From an uncultured Alphaproteobacteria bacterium (GTDB taxonomy: Bacteria; Pseudomonadota; Alphaproteobacteria; Rhizobiales; Methyloligellaceae), in contig CAVVXP010000003.1 in the NCBI GenBank assembly GCA_963752315.1, positions 148,374-212,373 of the forward strand: 64,000 bases of DNA. The letters run 5' to 3'. The notes beneath the pieces are model-generated. The model was not told the origin of the DNA and did not search any database. It was given only the letters and a program-made list of their open reading frames with translations. A program made the translations under genes and the position numbers. This document shows, in pieces, positions 61,953 to 64,000 of this stretch; the first letter of the stretch is position 1; the number at the start of each line of letters is the position of its first letter.

Positions 61953-62509
61953 ACCGCATCGATGAGACGCGCCCTTTCATCCCGGTGCGCATCGCCGTGC
62001 TTACCGTTTCGGACACGCGCACGCAGAAGACCGACAAATCGGGTCCGCTCTTGGTCAGCCTGATCAAGGAGGCCGGGCATGAGCTGGCCGAGCACGCCAT
62101 CGTCGCCGACGATCCCAAGGCGATCCGCAAGCAAGTCAAGCGCTGGATCAAGGACCCCGAGGTGGACGTCGTGATCACCACCGGCGGCACCGGCTTCACC
62201 GGACGGGATGTGACGCCGGAAGCGGTGAAGCCGCTCTTCGACAAGGAAATCGAGGGCTTCGCCGTGCTGTTCCATATGCTGAGCTACCAGAGCGTCGGCA
62301 CCTCAACGGTGCAGTCACGCGCCTGCGGCGGGCTCGCGCGCGGCACCTACATCTTCTGCGTGCCGGGCTCGCCCGGCGCCTGCACCGACGCCTGGAACGG
62401 CATCCTCAAGCATCAATTGGATAACCGCCACCGCCCCTGCTCGTTCATCGAGATCATGCCGCGTCTGCAAGAGCGGAAGCAAGCGAAGGCCAAGAAGGCC
62501 GCCGTCTAA
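61949..62509 (+). CDS. moaB: Molybdenum cofactor biosynthesis protein B
   Basis: LTVSDTR, DKSG, TGGTGFTGRDVTPEA, PGSPGAC. Confidence 0.95.
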   Translation: MNRIDETRPFIPVRIAVLTVSDTRTQKTDKSGPLLVSLIKEAGHELAEHAIVADDPKAIRKQVKRWIKDPEVDVVITTGGTGFTGRDVTPEAVKPLFDKEIEGFAVLFHMLSYQSVGTSTVQSRACGGLARGTYIFCVPGSPGACTDAWNGILKHQLDNRHRPCSFIEIMPRLQERKQAKAKKAAV

Positions 62510-62511
62510 GG

Positions 62512-63448
62512 CTAGAGCGAAGAGGCGCGGGCGAGCCCGGTGGTGACGAGGGCCGGCCGGGTCAAAAGCTCCGCATGGGCGCCGACCACGCGGTTCCGGC
62601 CGCCCAGCTTGGCGTCATAGAGCGCGGCATCGGCTCTGGCGAGAATCTGGTCGACGGTGTCGCCGGGTTTCCCCTCGCTCACGCCGACGCTCCAGGTGAG
62701 CGTGATGCGGTCCCTGCCGGTGTCGAAAGGCCGCGCCGCGAGCCGGCTGCGCAAACTCTCAGCGACCTCGATCGCTTCCGGCAAAGTGCGATCCTCCAAC
62801 AGCAGCGCAAATTCGTCGCCGCCAAGCCGTCCGACCACGGCGTCGGTCAAAAACGCGGCGCGGGCGCAGCAGCAGATCGCCTCGTCGCCAGTTTCATGTC
62901 CGTAGGAGTCGTTGATGTGCTTGAAATTGTCGATATCGAGGATGATCGCCGACAGGCTTCCATCAGGCGGAGCCACGCGGGCACAAGCTTCGGTCGCGCG
63001 CTCGAAGAAGCCGCGACGGTTGCTCAAGCCGGTCAAGGGGTCGATGGTGGCGAGCCGGATCAGCTCGCGCTGCATGGAGAGAATTCGCTCGGCGGCGCGC
63101 AGCCGCGCAAAGAGCTCCTCGGCCAGAGGCGGCTTGCCGATGAAATCGTCGGCCCCGGAGTTCGAGCGCCTCGATCAGGCTACGCTGATCGTATTGGCTC
63201 GACATCATCAGCACATAGATCGGGCGGCGGCAGGTCGCCAGCAGCCGCGCCTCCCAACACAGCTCGACACCGGACATGTATTTGAGTTCGGCGCTGGTAA
63301 TCAGCGCATCGATGCCAGGATCGGCTTTGATTTGCGCAAGCGCGGCGCGCTCATCTTCGAATTGAAGCACCTCGTGATCGCGCGCACTAAGCATGCGACC
63401 GACGATCAACCGGGTTGTACGGCTCGGATCGACCAAAGCGATGCGCAT
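62512..63448 (-). CDS. Receiver-GGDEF diguanylate cyclase; +1 frameshift near 63161
   Basis: N-terminal REC fold; removing one base restores EALDSGADDFIGKP linking to DPLTGLSNRR, DIDNFK.INDSYGH, RLGGDEF. Confidence 0.85.
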
Positions 63449-63481
63449 GCGAGTAAGCCCTTATCCCGTTATTTCAAGGCA

Positions 63482-64000
63482 CTACAAGACGCGCCTTAAT
63501 GTTGGATTAAAGACGTGTCGCTCGGCGATACCGCGCATCGCGTCGTAGTCGTGCTTGCCATCGACATCCGAAAGCGTCACCGCGAAGGCGATGCGCTTCC
63601 CCTGCAAATTCGCCAGCGTGTCGGCAAGGGCGTTTGGGCTCGACCACCGCACTCCGGCAAATGGTGCGAGCAGCTTTGGTGTTCGCTTCAAGCCGACCAG
63701 CCAATAGCCGCCGTCGGGAGCAGGCCCGAGCACGGCATCGGCGCGACCGAGAAGGCTGAAGGTCTGCGCGATATGTTCGGGCCCAATCGCGGGAATATCG
63801 CTGCCGACAATGATCACGGGGCCTGGCGGCAATCCCTGGAAGAGCCGCTGCATGCGCTGACCTAGATCTCCCTGCCCCTGCCTTACGCGAGCAAGCTTCC
63901 GGGACGAAGGCGCGAAGGGCACGCCAACATCGCGGTCAGGATCGATGGCGAGCAATGTGCGCCAGCGCCTGTCTTGCGCGAGCCGCAGAGCGGTGTGCGA
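63482..64000 (-). CDS. DUF2064/TIGR04282 family glycosyltransferase-like protein (5' end outside window)
   Basis: QGQGDLGQRM, IVGSDIP, GPAPDGGYWLVG, VRWS, LSDVD. Confidence 0.85.
   Translation of the reverse strand, partial: SHTALRLAQDRRWRTLLAIDPDRDVGVPFAPSSRKLARVRQGQGDLGQRMQRLFQGLPPGPVIIVGSDIPAIGPEHIAQTFSLLGRADAVLGPAPDGGYWLVGLKRTPKLLAPFAGVRWSSPNALADTLANLQGKRIAFAVTLSDVDGKHDYDAMRGIAERHVFNPTLRRVL

Noticed and set aside
63482-64000. Arsenosugar biosynthesis cluster
   Set aside because: Only a partial DUF2064-family gene is visible; no arsM or arsS partners in the window.
1-64000. tRNA, rRNA, riboswitch, prophage, integrase or IS elements
   Set aside because: No such signatures recognised by eye; small structured RNAs could be missed without a covariance search.

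Overview
GC-rich, gene-dense chromosomal segment of an alphaproteobacterium. Gene content and order are typical of Hyphomicrobiales (Methyloceanibacter/Hyphomicrobium-like; this placement is inference). Most of the window is housekeeping: pdxH, fabI, aroC, cobB, rlmD-like, tlyA, dxs, xseB, HDAC-family, sua5, ppk2, SRAP, pyrC, ygfZ, tag, nadQ and nadABC with two operator boxes, cspA, L,D-transpeptidase, ppdK, glyQS, ispB, ispE, ETF-QO, udg and moaB. I saw no rRNA, tRNA, CRISPR, integrase or transposase. The accessory or unusual elements are: (1) a four-gene cassette lying between dxs and tlyA on the opposite strand, encoding two different SET-domain proteins (one with a KRRRFRRKR tail) and two paralogous secreted proteins, which is the best candidate for an undescribed system; (2) a lower-GC, decayed glycosyltransferase-DUF4214-sulfotransferase gene next to pdxH; (3) a coiled-coil/OmpA-type gene pair sharing a 16-residue motif; (4) an unknown gene between glyQ and glyS with an in-frame UGA; (5) a lower-GC in-frame insert in glyS; (6) a possible internally deleted P450 relic; (7) several small secreted aromatic-rich peptides. 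Five frameshifts in otherwise intact genes are all +1 insertions and most likely sequencing errors. All assignments come from reading motifs; no database searches were run.
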